NCBI GenBank assembly: GCA_050012475.1
Contig: JBEKHC010000017.1
Location: forward strand, 1-61,879
From: Candidatus Velthaea sp.
GTDB taxonomy: Bacteria > Vulcanimicrobiota > Vulcanimicrobiia > Vulcanimicrobiales > Vulcanimicrobiaceae
Reading direction: 5' to 3'
Length of the DNA stretch: 61,879 nt
The notes below the pieces were generated by a model. The model saw only the letters and a program-made list of their open reading frames with translations, did not search any database and was not told the origin of the DNA. Shown in pieces: positions 29,572-40,818 of the stretch (positions are counted from its first letter, which is position 1; every line of letters begins with the position of its first letter). A program made the translations under genes and the position numbers.

Positions 29572-30366
29572 GTGCTCGGCGTCTACGACTCCGGACTCGG
29601 CGGGCTGACCGTCCTTGCCGCGCTGCGCAAAGCCGGCATCGATCAGGATGTCGTTTATTTCGCCGACCAGGCCCACGTGCCGTACGGCGACCGCACCGAC
29701 GCCGAACTCTACGGGTTTCTGCACGATAATTTTCGCTTGCTCGAAGCGCACGGGGCCGATGCGATCGTGATGGGTTGCAACACGTCGTGCGCGGTCGCCG
29801 CCCGGTGCGGCGGTTTCCCCGCGACGGCCCTGCCGGTACTCGACCTCATCGGCAACGCGGCGGCGGCGCTGCGCGCAGCGGGTTTGCGGCGGATCGCGGT
29901 TTTCGCCACCGCGGCCACGGTGCGCAGCGCGGCATATCGCACCGCGATCGCGGCTGCGGTGCCCCAGATCGACGTCGTGGAGATCGCAGCCCCGGCATTG
30001 GTGCCGATCGTCGAGGGCGGTCTGGCCCAAACGCGACAGGCACACGACGCGGTGCGCGAGGTCTGTCGCGCGCTCCCGCCGGGCGTTGAAGCAATCGTCT
30101 ACGGGTGCACGCATTACCCGCTGCTCGACGAGCATTTCGCCCGCGTCCTGCCGCCCGAAGTCGTCCGCATCGACCCCGCGCTGGCCCAGGCCGCCGCAGC
30201 CGGCGTGCTCGTCCGGCGCTTGGCGCTGCCGCCCGGGGCGAGCCGCACGCACTATCTCACCAACGGCGATCCAACGGCATTCGAGTCCAACGTCCGCGCC
30301 TGGACCGGCGACCGCACGGGCATCGTCGCCGCCGTCCCAGCCCTCGCGCACGAATCGCCGCGCTAA
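29572..30366 (+). CDS. murI: Glutamate racemase
   Basis: GVYDSGLGGLTV, PYG, GCNTS, GCTHYP. Confidence 0.93.
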   Translation: MLGVYDSGLGGLTVLAALRKAGIDQDVVYFADQAHVPYGDRTDAELYGFLHDNFRLLEAHGADAIVMGCNTSCAVAARCGGFPATALPVLDLIGNAAAALRAAGLRRIAVFATAATVRSAAYRTAIAAAVPQIDVVEIAAPALVPIVEGGLAQTRQAHDAVREVCRALPPGVEAIVYGCTHYPLLDEHFARVLPPEVVRIDPALAQAAAAGVLVRRLALPPGASRTHYLTNGDPTAFESNVRAWTGDRTGIVAAVPALAHESPR

Positions 30367-30401
30367 CAAACCAGAGCAGAACCCCGCGCCCGCACCGCGG
30401 C

Positions 30402-30446
30402 TTGCGGCGCAGCCGCAAACGCCACGGGTTCGGCGCAGCCGAACCC
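30402..30446. repeat. Two adjacent hairpins sharing a CGGC-GCA-GCCG core between convergent genes
   Basis: TTGCGGCGCAGCCGCAA (30402-30418) and GGGTTCGGCGCAGCCGAACCC (30426-30446). Confidence 0.55.
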
Positions 30447-30451
30447 TGCTG

Positions 30452-31093
30452 TTAGCCGATGTGGAAAAGTGCGAAGAAGACGACGGTCGAGAGCGCGCCG
30501 AGTGCCGAGCCGGCGATGACTTGCCGCACCGTGTGCGCTTTGAGATAGACGCGCGCCCAGCAGACGATCGGGATGAGAATGAAAAAGGGCAGCGGTTCGC
30601 GGCCGAACAGATAAAGCGACGCCACCAGCGGCGCCGTGATTCCCAGCGCGTGCGTCGAGATTTTCCAGTACATCGTGATCAGCTGGACGACCGCCGAACT
30701 CGTCGCCAGCGCCGCCATCGTCGCGGTCATGATCGCCGGGGCGTGGATGAGCGCTAAATCGAGCGTGCCCAAAATGAAAAAAATCACGAACGCGCCGAAC
30801 ACTTTTTGGCGTTCGGCACGGATGGACATATCGAGGTCCGAGATGCGGTCCGTCGCGTACAGCGCGAAAATGAACAGCATCGGCCCGATCGAGGTGAAGA
30901 ACGCGCTATTGAAGAGCAGCACCCAAAAATCGGTCGCCGTGTGCGCGCGTGCGCCGGCAAGTACGACAAAAAGCGCAAGGAACGTCAGGAACGGATTGCA
31001 GACCGTCGAGAAGATCCGGGCCATATCGGTCCATACACGGCGCCGCACACGGAGCGGCAGAGGTGCGGGAGCCGGCTGCTTGGGGGCGCGCAC
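30452..31093 (-). CDS. PAP2-superfamily membrane protein
   Basis: Multiple TMs; WKISTH and WARVYLKAHT.RQV..G motifs. Confidence 0.7.
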   Translation of the reverse strand: MRAPKQPAPAPLPLRVRRRVWTDMARIFSTVCNPFLTFLALFVVLAGARAHTATDFWVLLFNSAFFTSIGPMLFIFALYATDRISDLDMSIRAERQKVFGAFVIFFILGTLDLALIHAPAIMTATMAALATSSAVVQLITMYWKISTHALGITAPLVASLYLFGREPLPFFILIPIVCWARVYLKAHTVRQVIAGSALGALSTVVFFALFHIG

Positions 31094-31169
31094 TGACCGC
31101 TAATCGGCGGTTACGGGTCGGCGGTCCTTTACGGACGGTCTCGGGCCCGGTTGCGTCGAAGGAGGGCAC

Positions 31170-33065
31170 ATGATATTGGAGTCCATCAACTCGAACGCCG
31201 ATGTCCATCATTTGTCGCGGCCGGATATTGACGTGCTCGCGGCGGAAATTCGCGAGACGCTCGTTCGCGTTTGCGCCGTCAACGGCGGGCATTTAGCGCC
31301 GAACCTGGGCGTGGTCGAGTTGACGCTGGCAATGCACCGCGTGCTCGATCTGCCGCACGACAAAGTCGTCTGGGACGTAAGCCACCAATCGTACGTCCAT
31401 AAGCTCCTGACCGGACGCGCGAACCGCTTCGATACGCTTCGCCAGGGCGGCGGCATCTCGGGCTTCTCGATGCGCAGCGAGTCGGCGTACGACGTGTTCG
31501 GCGCGGGGCACGCGTCGACGGCAATCTCGGCGGGCTTGGGCATGGTCACCGCACGCGATCTGCGCGGCGGCGATGAAACGGTCGTCGCCGTCATCGGCGA
31601 CGGTGCGCTGACCGGCGGCCTGGCCTACGAGGCGATCAACAACGCCGGCACGCTCAAGTCGAATTTCATCGTCATCCTCAACGATAACGAGATGTCGATC
31701 GCGCCCAACGTCGGCTCGATCGCCTCGCATCTGGGCGTGCTGCGCTCGAAACCGATGTTTACCCGCGGCCGGGAAATTACCAAAGATTTACTCGGTCACG
31801 TTCCGTTCGGCGGTGCCGTACGCAAGGGACTGGCGACGGCCGAAGTCGCCGCGATGCGCTTCGTCAACCCGGATCAAAAAGCGGCGGTGATCTTCGAGGA
31901 GATGGGCTTCCGCTATCTCGGCCCGATCGACGGTCACGACCTCGACGTGCTCGTCGACGTGTTGTCGAACGCGCGCCGCATCCCCGGGCCGGTCCTGTTG
32001 CACGTGCGCACCGTCAAAGGCAAGGGCTTCGGGCCGGCGGAGATCGATGCGCGGACGTTCCACGGCGTCGGTCCCAACGTCTATTCGCCCGACGAGGGGA
32101 AGCTGGAGAAGAAGGCCGGCCGCATCGCCTTCGCGCAAGCGTTTGCCGATGCGCTGGTCGAGGCGGCCAAGGCGGACGAGCGCGTCATCGGCATCACGGC
32201 CGCAATGCCCGACGGCACCGGCCTGGCCAAATTCGCCAAGCAGTTTCCCAGCCGCTATTTCGACGTCGGGATCGCTGAAGCGCACGCGGTGTGCTTTGCT
32301 GCGGGCGCGGCGACGAGCGGCCTCAAGCCCGTCTGCGCGATCTACTCCACGTTCTTGCAGCGGGCATACGATCAGGTCATCCACGACGTCGTCATTCAAG
32401 ATCTGCCGGTGGTCTTCGCGATCGACCGGGCCGGATTCGTCGGCGACGACGGGCCGACGCACATGGGGCTCTACGACATCGCCTATTTGCGCACGCTGCC
32501 CGGCATGACGATCATGGCACCGCGCAACGAGCACGAGATCGCGCCGATGCTCAAGCTCGCCCTGGCGCTCAACGCGCCGGTTGCCATCCGTTACCCGCGC
32601 GGCAGCACGAGCGGCAAATACGACGAAGCGCTGGCGCCGCTGGCGTTGGGCCGCGCCGAAGTACTGCGCCGCGGCGCAGGCGTCGCGATCCTGGCGCTCG
32701 GCAATACGGTCGATGCGGCGCTCGAAGCGTACGACGCGGTCGCCGCCGCGGACGGTCAGGCGCCGACCGTGGTCAACATGCGCTTCGTCAAGCCGCTCGA
32801 CGAAGCGCTGCTCATCGAATTGGCCGAGACGCACGAGCGCTTCATCACGCTCGAAGAACACTCGCTGGCGGGCGGCTTCGGCTCGGCGGTCGTCGAGTGC
32901 GTCGCCGACAAGGGGTTGGGCGTGCACGTCGAACGGATCGGCGTCCCTAGCGTCCTCGTTCAGCACAATAAGCCCGAGCGCCAGCGGGCGATGTTCGGAC
33001 TCACGGGCGAGCATATCGCGGCCCGCGTCCAATCTTACGCGGCTGCGCTTTCATCGAAGACGTAG
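31170..33065 (+). CDS. dxs: 1-deoxy-D-xylulose-5-phosphate synthase
   Basis: GGHLAPNLGVVELT, WDVSHQSY, GDGALTGG, NDNEMSI, FDVGIAE, DRAG, IRYPRG. Confidence 0.96.
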   Translation: MILESINSNADVHHLSRPDIDVLAAEIRETLVRVCAVNGGHLAPNLGVVELTLAMHRVLDLPHDKVVWDVSHQSYVHKLLTGRANRFDTLRQGGGISGFSMRSESAYDVFGAGHASTAISAGLGMVTARDLRGGDETVVAVIGDGALTGGLAYEAINNAGTLKSNFIVILNDNEMSIAPNVGSIASHLGVLRSKPMFTRGREITKDLLGHVPFGGAVRKGLATAEVAAMRFVNPDQKAAVIFEEMGFRYLGPIDGHDLDVLVDVLSNARRIPGPVLLHVRTVKGKGFGPAEIDARTFHGVGPNVYSPDEGKLEKKAGRIAFAQAFADALVEAAKADERVIGITAAMPDGTGLAKFAKQFPSRYFDVGIAEAHAVCFAAGAATSGLKPVCAIYSTFLQRAYDQVIHDVVIQDLPVVFAIDRAGFVGDDGPTHMGLYDIAYLRTLPGMTIMAPRNEHEIAPMLKLALALNAPVAIRYPRGSTSGKYDEALAPLALGRAEVLRRGAGVAILALGNTVDAALEAYDAVAAADGQAPTVVNMRFVKPLDEALLIELAETHERFITLEEHSLAGGFGSAVVECVADKGLGVHVERIGVPSVLVQHNKPERQRAMFGLTGEHIAARVQSYAAALSSKT

Positions 33066-33099
33066 CCGCCCGCGTTTCTACCGAGGAGTCCGTTTACGC

Positions 33100-33486
33100 A
33101 TGTTCGCGTTGATCGCCGCCGCGGCTACCGCCGTTGCGACCCCCGTTGCCAAGGCGACGACCTTAACTCTTACTCCCGCTCAGCTCGAGCAATTGCGCGC
33201 GGCGGGAGCCGCCGCGGCAGGCGGGCCCAAGTCAGCGTTGGCGCTTCATGCCCCCTGGCTGACGCACACGCTCGCGGGTTTCTTCGTTTTCTCGGCGCTG
33301 CTGCTGATCGTGCTGCTGGCGATTCAGACGACCAAACAGGAGGGGCTGAGCGGCACCATCGGCGGCAAGGTCGAGTCGGCCTATCGCGGTCGCGTGGGAA
33401 TGGACAAACAGCTCCAGCGCTTCACCGCCGTCGTCGCGATCGCATTCGTGCTCTTCGCGACACTCGTGTCGATTAGCGGAATCTAG
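33100..33486 (+). CDS. secG: Preprotein translocase subunit SecG with N-terminal extension
   Basis: TM-IQTTKQEGLSGTIGG-...-LQRFT-TM; GAGGAG RBS before ATG 33100. Confidence 0.78.
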   Translation: MFALIAAAATAVATPVAKATTLTLTPAQLEQLRAAGAAAAGGPKSALALHAPWLTHTLAGFFVFSALLLIVLLAIQTTKQEGLSGTIGGKVESAYRGRVGMDKQLQRFTAVVAIAFVLFATLVSISGI

Positions 33487-33491
33487 CCTCC

Positions 33492-34543
33492 TTGGCGCTG
33501 CTCGAGGTCAAGAATCTCAAGACCACGTTCAAGACCGACGACGGCGTGGTAAGCGCGGTCAACGGACTGTCGTACGCGGTGGAAGCGGGTTCGACGCTGG
33601 GCATCGTGGGCGAATCCGGATCCGGAAAATCCGTCAACGCGCTGTCGATCATGCGGCTGATCCCGCAGCCCCCGGGCAAGATCGAGCACGGCGAGGTATT
33701 TTTCAAGGGTCAGGACCTGCTGCTCAAGAGCGAAGCGGAGATGCGCAAGATCCGCGGCCACGAGATCGCGATGATCTTTCAAGACCCGATGACCTCGCTC
33801 AATCCGGTCTTGAACGTCGGCGAACAGATCATGGAAGCGACGCGTCTGCACCTCGGGCTGTCCAAGAAGGACGCGCGCGACCGGGCGATCGAGATGCTCA
33901 AGCTCGTTCGCATGCCGGCTCCCGAGCGCCGCATCAAAGATTATCCGCATCAGTTTTCGGGCGGGATGCGCCAACGCGTCATGATCGCCATGGCGCTGTC
34001 CTGCGATCCGGCAGTACTCATCGCCGACGAACCGACGACCGCCCTCGACGTGACGGTTCAAGCGCAGATCATCGATCTGATGAACGAGATGCAGCAGCGG
34101 CTGGGTTCGGCGATCGTGCTTATCACGCACGATCTCGGCGTGGTCGCGGAGACGTGCCGGAACGTGCTCGTGATGTACGGCGGCAATCTCGTCGAGTACG
34201 GGACCGCCGAGCAAATCTTCAGCCGGCCGAAAATGCCGTATACGCTCGGGCTGCTCGAATCGCTCCCGCGGCTGGACGCCGCCGGTGAACGGCTCCTGCC
34301 GATCCCCGGTCAGCCGCCGAATCTGCTCCGCATGCCCTCGGGCTGTGCGTTTGCGCCGCGCTGCAAGTATAAGATGCCGATCTGCGATGAGCCGGTTCCG
34401 CTGTTCGATTTCGGCTCCGGGCACGTCGCGCGCTGCTTCCTGTACGACGAGCGGGCCGAAGGCCAAAAGCCGGTTCCCGCCGAGAACGCGCCGCGTGTTT
34501 CGCTCGATGCGGTCGCGCACACTCCGCAGGAACTCTCCGCTTA

Positions 34544-34544
<1 letters not shown>
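33492..34544 (+). CDS. oppD: Oligopeptide/dipeptide ABC ATP-binding protein (OppD-like)
   Basis: [31 protein letters not shown]-terminal GCAFAPRC. Confidence 0.88.
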
Positions 34545-35605
<1,061 letters not shown>

Positions 35606-35648
35606 CGCCGCGCCCGTGTTCGGACTGTCGAAACGGGGGGCGAAACGG

Positions 35649-35678
35649 AAGAGCGATCACCTCGCGGTGATCGCTCTT
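35649..35678. terminator. Likely bidirectional terminator between convergent oppF and histone-like gene
   Basis: AAGAGCGATCACC-tcgc-GGTGATCGCTCTT perfect 13-bp stem. Confidence 0.65.
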
Positions 35679-35697
35679 TCGTTATGCAGTTCGGGGG

Positions 35698-36153
35698 CTA
35701 CGATGCTTTCTTACGGCCGGCGCTTTTCTTACGCCCGCCGGCGGCTTTCTTGCGTCCGGCGGTCGCTTTTTTGCGTCCGCCGACGGCGGCTTTCTTGCGT
35801 CCGCCGACAGCTTTCTTACGTCCGCCGGTGGCTGCCTTCTTGCGTCCGGTCGCCGCTTTCTTCCGCGTTCCGGTGGCTTTCTTGCGCGTTGCGGTGGCTT
35901 TCTTCCGGCCTGCCGTCGCCTTCTTGCGTCCGCCCGTCGCTTTCTTGCGAGCCGGCGCTGCTTTCTTGCGTCCGCCGGCGGCCTTTTTGCGCCCGCCCGC
36001 CGCGGCTTTCTTCCGCGTTCCGGTGGCTTTCTTGCGCGTTCCGGCGGCGGCTTTTCGTGCGCCCGTTTTGCGGCGCGTTGCTTTCTTTCGACCTGGTGCC
36101 GCGGGCGGAGCCTCGGGCGTCAGTTCGCTGTCAGTCACGGTATCCGAGTCCAT
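35698..36153 (-). CDS. Histone H1-like (Hc2/AlgP-like) basic repeat protein
   Basis: Acidic N-terminus, then about 19 units of RKKA(T/A)xx; GGAGG RBS. Confidence 0.8.
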   Translation of the reverse strand: MDSDTVTDSELTPEAPPAAPGRKKATRRKTGARKAAAGTRKKATGTRKKAAAGGRKKAAGGRKKAAPARKKATGGRKKATAGRKKATATRKKATGTRKKAATGRKKAATGGRKKAVGGRKKAAVGGRKKATAGRKKAAGGRKKSAGRKKAS

Positions 36154-36548
36154 TCGTCCTCCACGTCCACAACGGGACGATCATTCGAATTGCGGATGCA
36201 TCGACTCAACTGCCGACGCATTTAGTCGCATCCTACAAGGAATTCAAAAATAATGCAACACAGTGCAGCGGTCGTACGTTAAGACACGCGCGAAAAATGC
36301 GCGAGCAACACACCCGCGCGCAACGCAATGCGTCCGCGAAACGCCGCGCGCGCATCGCTGCTGCAGCGCTGCCGACGGGCGGACAAACCTACTCAGGCAC
36401 CGGCGTTCGACGTCCGATCTGAGGCCCGATTCGGGGGTCGAAAAGCGGCCAAAGCGCGGCCTGAACCCGGGTGCCGGACGGCCGAAGCGTTATCGGGGGC
36501 TTGACGTCCGAGAGTATACTGAAGGCGTTTACCAGCACAGGGGGAGCC

Positions 36549-38735
36549 GTGGCGAAGCCGCTTATCATCGTCGAGTCGCCGACGAAAGCCAGAACCATCA
36601 AGAAATTCTTACCCGCGCGCTTCGTGGTGAAGGCGTCGGTCGGCCACGTCCGCGACCTGCCGAAGTCGACGCTGGGCGTCAACGTGGAAGACGGCTCCTT
36701 TACGCCCAAGTACCTTACTATCAAAGGGAAGGGCGACATCATCAAAGAGCTCAAGGCGGCGGCGAAGAACGCGAGCGACGTCTATCTCGCGACCGACCCC
36801 GACCGCGAGGGCGAAGCGATTGCGTGGCATCTGGCCGAGATCCTCAAGCTCGACCACCCCAAGCGGATCGAACTGCACGAGATCACCAAAGACGCGGCGC
36901 TCGCCGCAATCAAAGATCCGCACGAGATCGACATGCCGCGCGTCAACGCGCAGCAGGCGCGGCGCATCCTCGACCGGCTCGTCGGCTATAAGATCTCGCC
37001 GCTGCTGTGGGCCAAGGTGCGCGGCGGCTTGTCTGCCGGCCGCGTTCAGTCGGTAGCCGTCCGCCTGATCGTGGATCGCGAACGTGAGATCGCGGCGTTC
37101 ATTCCGCGCGAATATTGGTCGATCACCGCGCAACTCGCTTCGCATGGCAGCCCGATCGTCTTTCCGGCCGAGCTCAATACGATCGACGGCCGCAAAGCCG
37201 AGGTGACGAACGAGGCCCAAGCGCTCGATATCGTCGCCGCCGTGACCGCCGGATCGTTCGAGGTTGCGTCGATCAAGGAGCGCGAGCAGCGCCGTAATCC
37301 CGCCGCACCGTTCACCACCTCGACCCTCCAGCAAGAAGCGTCGCGCAAGCTCAAGTTCCGCGTCCGCAAAACCATGCAGCTGGCCCAGGCGTTGTACGAA
37401 GGCGTCGATCTCGGGGGCAGCGACGGCACGCAAGGTCTCATCACCTACATGCGGACCGACTCGACGCGCATCTCGGATTCGGCCAAAGATGCGGCTCGCG
37501 AGTACATCGACGGCGCGTTCGGCGCGGAATTTTACGGTGGTTCGCGCGTCCACAAATTGCGCGAGGGTGCGCAGGACGCCCACGAAGCGATCCGGCCCAC
37601 GTTCGTTCACCGGCACCCGGATACGCTCACGGCGATCCTCAAACGCGACGAACTGCGGCTGTACAAGCTCATCTGGGAGCGCTTCGTGGCGTCGCAGATG
37701 GCGGCGGCGATCTACGATCAAACGACGGTCGACCTGCGCGTGGTGTCCGCCGACGGGTCCGCGGAAGCCGGGCGCTACACCTTTCGCGCCAGCGGCAGTG
37801 TGCTCAAGTTTGCCGGCTTCACCGCCGTGTACGAAGAAGGCCAAGACGACATCGCCCCGCTGGCGCCGGTCGCGAACGGAAAGGCGCCCAAGGCGCGGCC
37901 GGTTCTGCCCAAGCTGACGCAGGACGAAAAGCTCGAGACCAAAGCGATCGAACCCAAACAGCACTTCACCGAACCGCCGCCGCGGTATTCCGAAGCGTCG
38001 CTGGTCAAGGCGCTCGAAGAGAATCGCATCGGCCGCCCGTCGACGTATTCGGCGATCGTCGAAACGATTCAAGCCCGCGGCTACGTCGAGCAGATCGACC
38101 GCCGCTTCCATCCGACGGACATCGGTTTCGCGGTCAACGACTTGCTGGCCGAGCATTTCAAAGACATCGTCGATCTCGCATTCACCGCGCTCATGGAGGA
38201 GAAGCTCGATCGCGTTGCCGAGGACGGCGCCGACTGGGTAGCCGTACTGGCGGACTTCTACGGACCGTTTGCCGCCGAGCTTGCGCTGGCCGAGGAGAAG
38301 CTGCCCAAGTTCGAGCAGCGCGACGAACCGACCGACGATATCTGCCCGAATTGCGAGCGCCCGATGGTGATCAAGACCGGGCGCTTCGGGAAGTTCATCT
38401 CGTGCACGGGGTATCCGGAGTGCAAAACGACCCGGCCGATCCTCAAGGATACCGGAGCGATCTGTCCCAAGGACGGCGGGATGGTCGTCGAGCGAAAATC
38501 GCGTAAAGGCCGCACGTTCTACGGCTGCGCGAATTACCCCAACTGCGATTTCGTTTCGTGGGACCGCGTCATTCCCGAACGCTGCCCGGTCTGCGGCGGA
38601 TACGTCACCTCCAAGACCAAGCGCGGCGGTGTCGTGACGCTGGAGTGCCATACCGATAAGACGCATGATCTCACGGCGCTGGGCCTGGCGAACGCGAACG
38701 CGGAAGACGAGGATCTCGAACCGGTCGGTGTATAG
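36549..38735 (+). CDS. topA: DNA topoisomerase I
   Basis: IVESPTK, GHVRDL, DPDREGEAI, SAGRVQS, ITYMRTDS, C-terminal zinc ribbons; GTG start after GGGGAG. Confidence 0.96.
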   Translation: MAKPLIIVESPTKARTIKKFLPARFVVKASVGHVRDLPKSTLGVNVEDGSFTPKYLTIKGKGDIIKELKAAAKNASDVYLATDPDREGEAIAWHLAEILKLDHPKRIELHEITKDAALAAIKDPHEIDMPRVNAQQARRILDRLVGYKISPLLWAKVRGGLSAGRVQSVAVRLIVDREREIAAFIPREYWSITAQLASHGSPIVFPAELNTIDGRKAEVTNEAQALDIVAAVTAGSFEVASIKEREQRRNPAAPFTTSTLQQEASRKLKFRVRKTMQLAQALYEGVDLGGSDGTQGLITYMRTDSTRISDSAKDAAREYIDGAFGAEFYGGSRVHKLREGAQDAHEAIRPTFVHRHPDTLTAILKRDELRLYKLIWERFVASQMAAAIYDQTTVDLRVVSADGSAEAGRYTFRASGSVLKFAGFTAVYEEGQDDIAPLAPVANGKAPKARPVLPKLTQDEKLETKAIEPKQHFTEPPPRYSEASLVKALEENRIGRPSTYSAIVETIQARGYVEQIDRRFHPTDIGFAVNDLLAEHFKDIVDLAFTALMEEKLDRVAEDGADWVAVLADFYGPFAAELALAEEKLPKFEQRDEPTDDICPNCERPMVIKTGRFGKFISCTGYPECKTTRPILKDTGAICPKDGGMVVERKSRKGRTFYGCANYPNCDFVSWDRVIPERCPVCGGYVTSKTKRGGVVTLECHTDKTHDLTALGLANANAEDEDLEPVGV

Positions 38736-38864
38736 TGGTGGATTCGTCTCGGATCCGGCCTCGCGCTCGCTGCATGGTTTGGATGCTCGACGAATCCATC
38801 GCGTTCGCCGCTCCGCGCCGAGCCGCCGGGTTTTGCGGTTGCTTCGACGTTTGATCGGCCGACG

Positions 38865-40244
38865 GTGCTGACGGTTGTCGGCGGCGGTTTAGCCGGCTGC
38901 GAAGCGGCGTGGCAGGCGGCGCAGACCGGCGTCGCCGTCGATCTGTTCGAGATGCGTCCGCACAAGTGCGGCCCGGCGCACGAGACGGGGATGCTGGCCG
39001 AATTGGTGTGCTCGAACTCGCTGCGCGGCGCTGCGCTCGAGAACGCCGTCGGCTTGCTCAAGGAAGAATTGGCACGCTGCGATTCGCTCATCATCGGCTC
39101 GGCGCGGGCGTGCGCCGTGCCGGCCGGCGGCGCGCTGGCCGTCGATCGCGCGCGTTTCGGCGCGCTCGTCGAAGCCCGTTTGGCCGCTCACCCCAACGTG
39201 ACGATCCACCGGGACGAGATCGTTGCGCTGCCCGCCGCGGGAACGGTGATCATCGCCTGCGGTCCGTTGCCGTCCGACGCCTTGGCCCAAGCGATCGACG
39301 CGCTCGTCGGCCCGAGCCGACTGCACTACTTCGACGCCGCAGCGCCGATCGTCGCGCGCGACTCGCTCGACGAATCGGTGATGTACCGTAAGTCGCGTTA
39401 CGATAAAGGTGCCGGTGACGATTACCTCAACATTCCGCTCGACGAACCGGTCTACCGGCAGTTCGTGGACGACTTACGGACGTTGCCCAAGCACGATCCC
39501 AAAGATTTCGAGAAAAACGCAGCGACCGGCAAGGTGCCCTATTTCGAGGGCTGCTTGCCGATCGAAGAGCTGGCCGTGCGCGGCCAGGACACCTTGCGTT
39601 TCGGTCCGCTCAAGCCGGTGGGCTTGCGCGATCCGCGCACCGGCCGCACGCCCCACGCCGTCGTCCAGCTGCGCAACGAGAATGCCTCGGGCAGCGCGCT
39701 CAATCTCGTGGGCTTTCAAACGCGCCTGACGTGGCCCGCGCAGCGCGAAGCCTTCGGCAAGCTGCCCGGGTTAGCCGCCGCCGAGTGGCTGCGCCTGGGC
39801 GTGATGCACCGCAATACGTTCATCGACTCGCCGCGGCTGCTCGATCGCGACTTGCGCCTGCGCGCGAATCCGCGCGTGTTCTTTGCCGGTCAGATCACCG
39901 GCGCCGAGGGGTACGTCGAGGCCGCCGCCTGCGGATTGATCGCGGGGAACGCCGCGGCTCGTGAACTGGCCGGGCTGCCGCCCGTCGCGGTTCCCGAAGA
40001 TACGGCCCTGGGTGCGGTGCTCGCGCATCTCGCCAATGTCGTCACCGCCGACTTTCAGCCCGCCAACGTCACCTGGTCGTACTTCACGCCGCTCCCCGGC
40101 GGCGGCAAGAAACTCGACAAACGCGAGAAACGGCGGCAGCTGGCCGAGCGCGCACTCGAGCGGATCGAGCGCTTTGCCGCGGCGCTCGGGCGGAGCGGCG
40201 AAGCGCGGCGTTCCGGCGAAACTTCGGCAATCTCGCACGGGTAG
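38865..40244 (+). CDS. trmFO: FAD/folate-dependent tRNA (uracil-5) methyltransferase
   Basis: [52 protein letters not shown]. Confidence 0.95.
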   Translation: MLTVVGGGLAGCEAAWQAAQTGVAVDLFEMRPHKCGPAHETGMLAELVCSNSLRGAALENAVGLLKEELARCDSLIIGSARACAVPAGGALAVDRARFGALVEARLAAHPNVTIHRDEIVALPAAGTVIIACGPLPSDALAQAIDALVGPSRLHYFDAAAPIVARDSLDESVMYRKSRYDKGAGDDYLNIPLDEPVYRQFVDDLRTLPKHDPKDFEKNAATGKVPYFEGCLPIEELAVRGQDTLRFGPLKPVGLRDPRTGRTPHAVVQLRNENASGSALNLVGFQTRLTWPAQREAFGKLPGLAAAEWLRLGVMHRNTFIDSPRLLDRDLRLRANPRVFFAGQITGAEGYVEAAACGLIAGNAAARELAGLPPVAVPEDTALGAVLAHLANVVTADFQPANVTWSYFTPLPGGGKKLDKREKRRQLAERALERIERFAAALGRSGEARRSGETSAISHG

Positions 40245-40245
40245 C

Positions 40246-40818
40246 TTGCCCGCATGTCGTCTCGCACCGGGGCTCATCATTAAAACCAAGATTCGCTCGA
40301 CCACGATCTGCGCCGTCCGCCGGGACGGCAAACTCGCGATGGCGGGTGACGGGCAAGTCACGTTCGACAAGTTCGTCATGAAGCACAGCGCACGCAAAGT
40401 GCGCCGCATCGCCGGCGGTTCGGTGCTGTGCGGCTTCGCCGGCTCAGCCGCCGACGGCATCACGCTGCTCGAGAAATTCGAGGCCAAGCTCGGTGAGTAC
40501 AAAGGCAACATCCTGCGGGGTGCCGTCGAACTCGCCAAGGATTGGCGTCAGGACCGCGCGCTGCGCCGGCTCGAGGCGCTGCTGATCGTGGGCAACGCCG
40601 AGCATCTCATGGTCGTGAGCGGCAACGGCGACGTGATCGAACCCGATGAGGGGATCGCCGCGATCGGCAGCGGCGGCCCGTACGCCCAAGCCGCAGCGAC
40701 GGCGCTGCTGCACCACTCGAATCTCGACGCCGCGGCGATCGCCCGCGAAGCGCTCGGCATCGCTTCCAAGATCGATATCTACACCAACGACGACATCATC
40801 GTCGAGGTCGCATCATGA
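40246..40818 (+). CDS. hslV: ATP-dependent protease subunit HslV (start uncertain)
   Basis: [45 protein letters not shown]. Confidence 0.93.
   Translation: MPACRLAPGLIIKTKIRSTTICAVRRDGKLAMAGDGQVTFDKFVMKHSARKVRRIAGGSVLCGFAGSAADGITLLEKFEAKLGEYKGNILRGAVELAKDWRQDRALRRLEALLIVGNAEHLMVVSGNGDVIEPDEGIAAIGSGGPYAQAAATALLHHSNLDAAAIAREALGIASKIDIYTNDDIIVEVAS

Noticed and set aside
35616..36422. + strand repeat ORFs (AFLRPP and LSCVRR types)
   Set aside because: Antisense readings of the RKKA-repeat gene, which has the RBS and a plausible composition
36501..36520. TTGACG...TATACT as a sigma70 promoter for topA
   Set aside because: Spacing is only 8 bp
36609..38666. 685-aa minus strand ORF
   Set aside because: Antisense shadow of topA, typical of high-GC DNA
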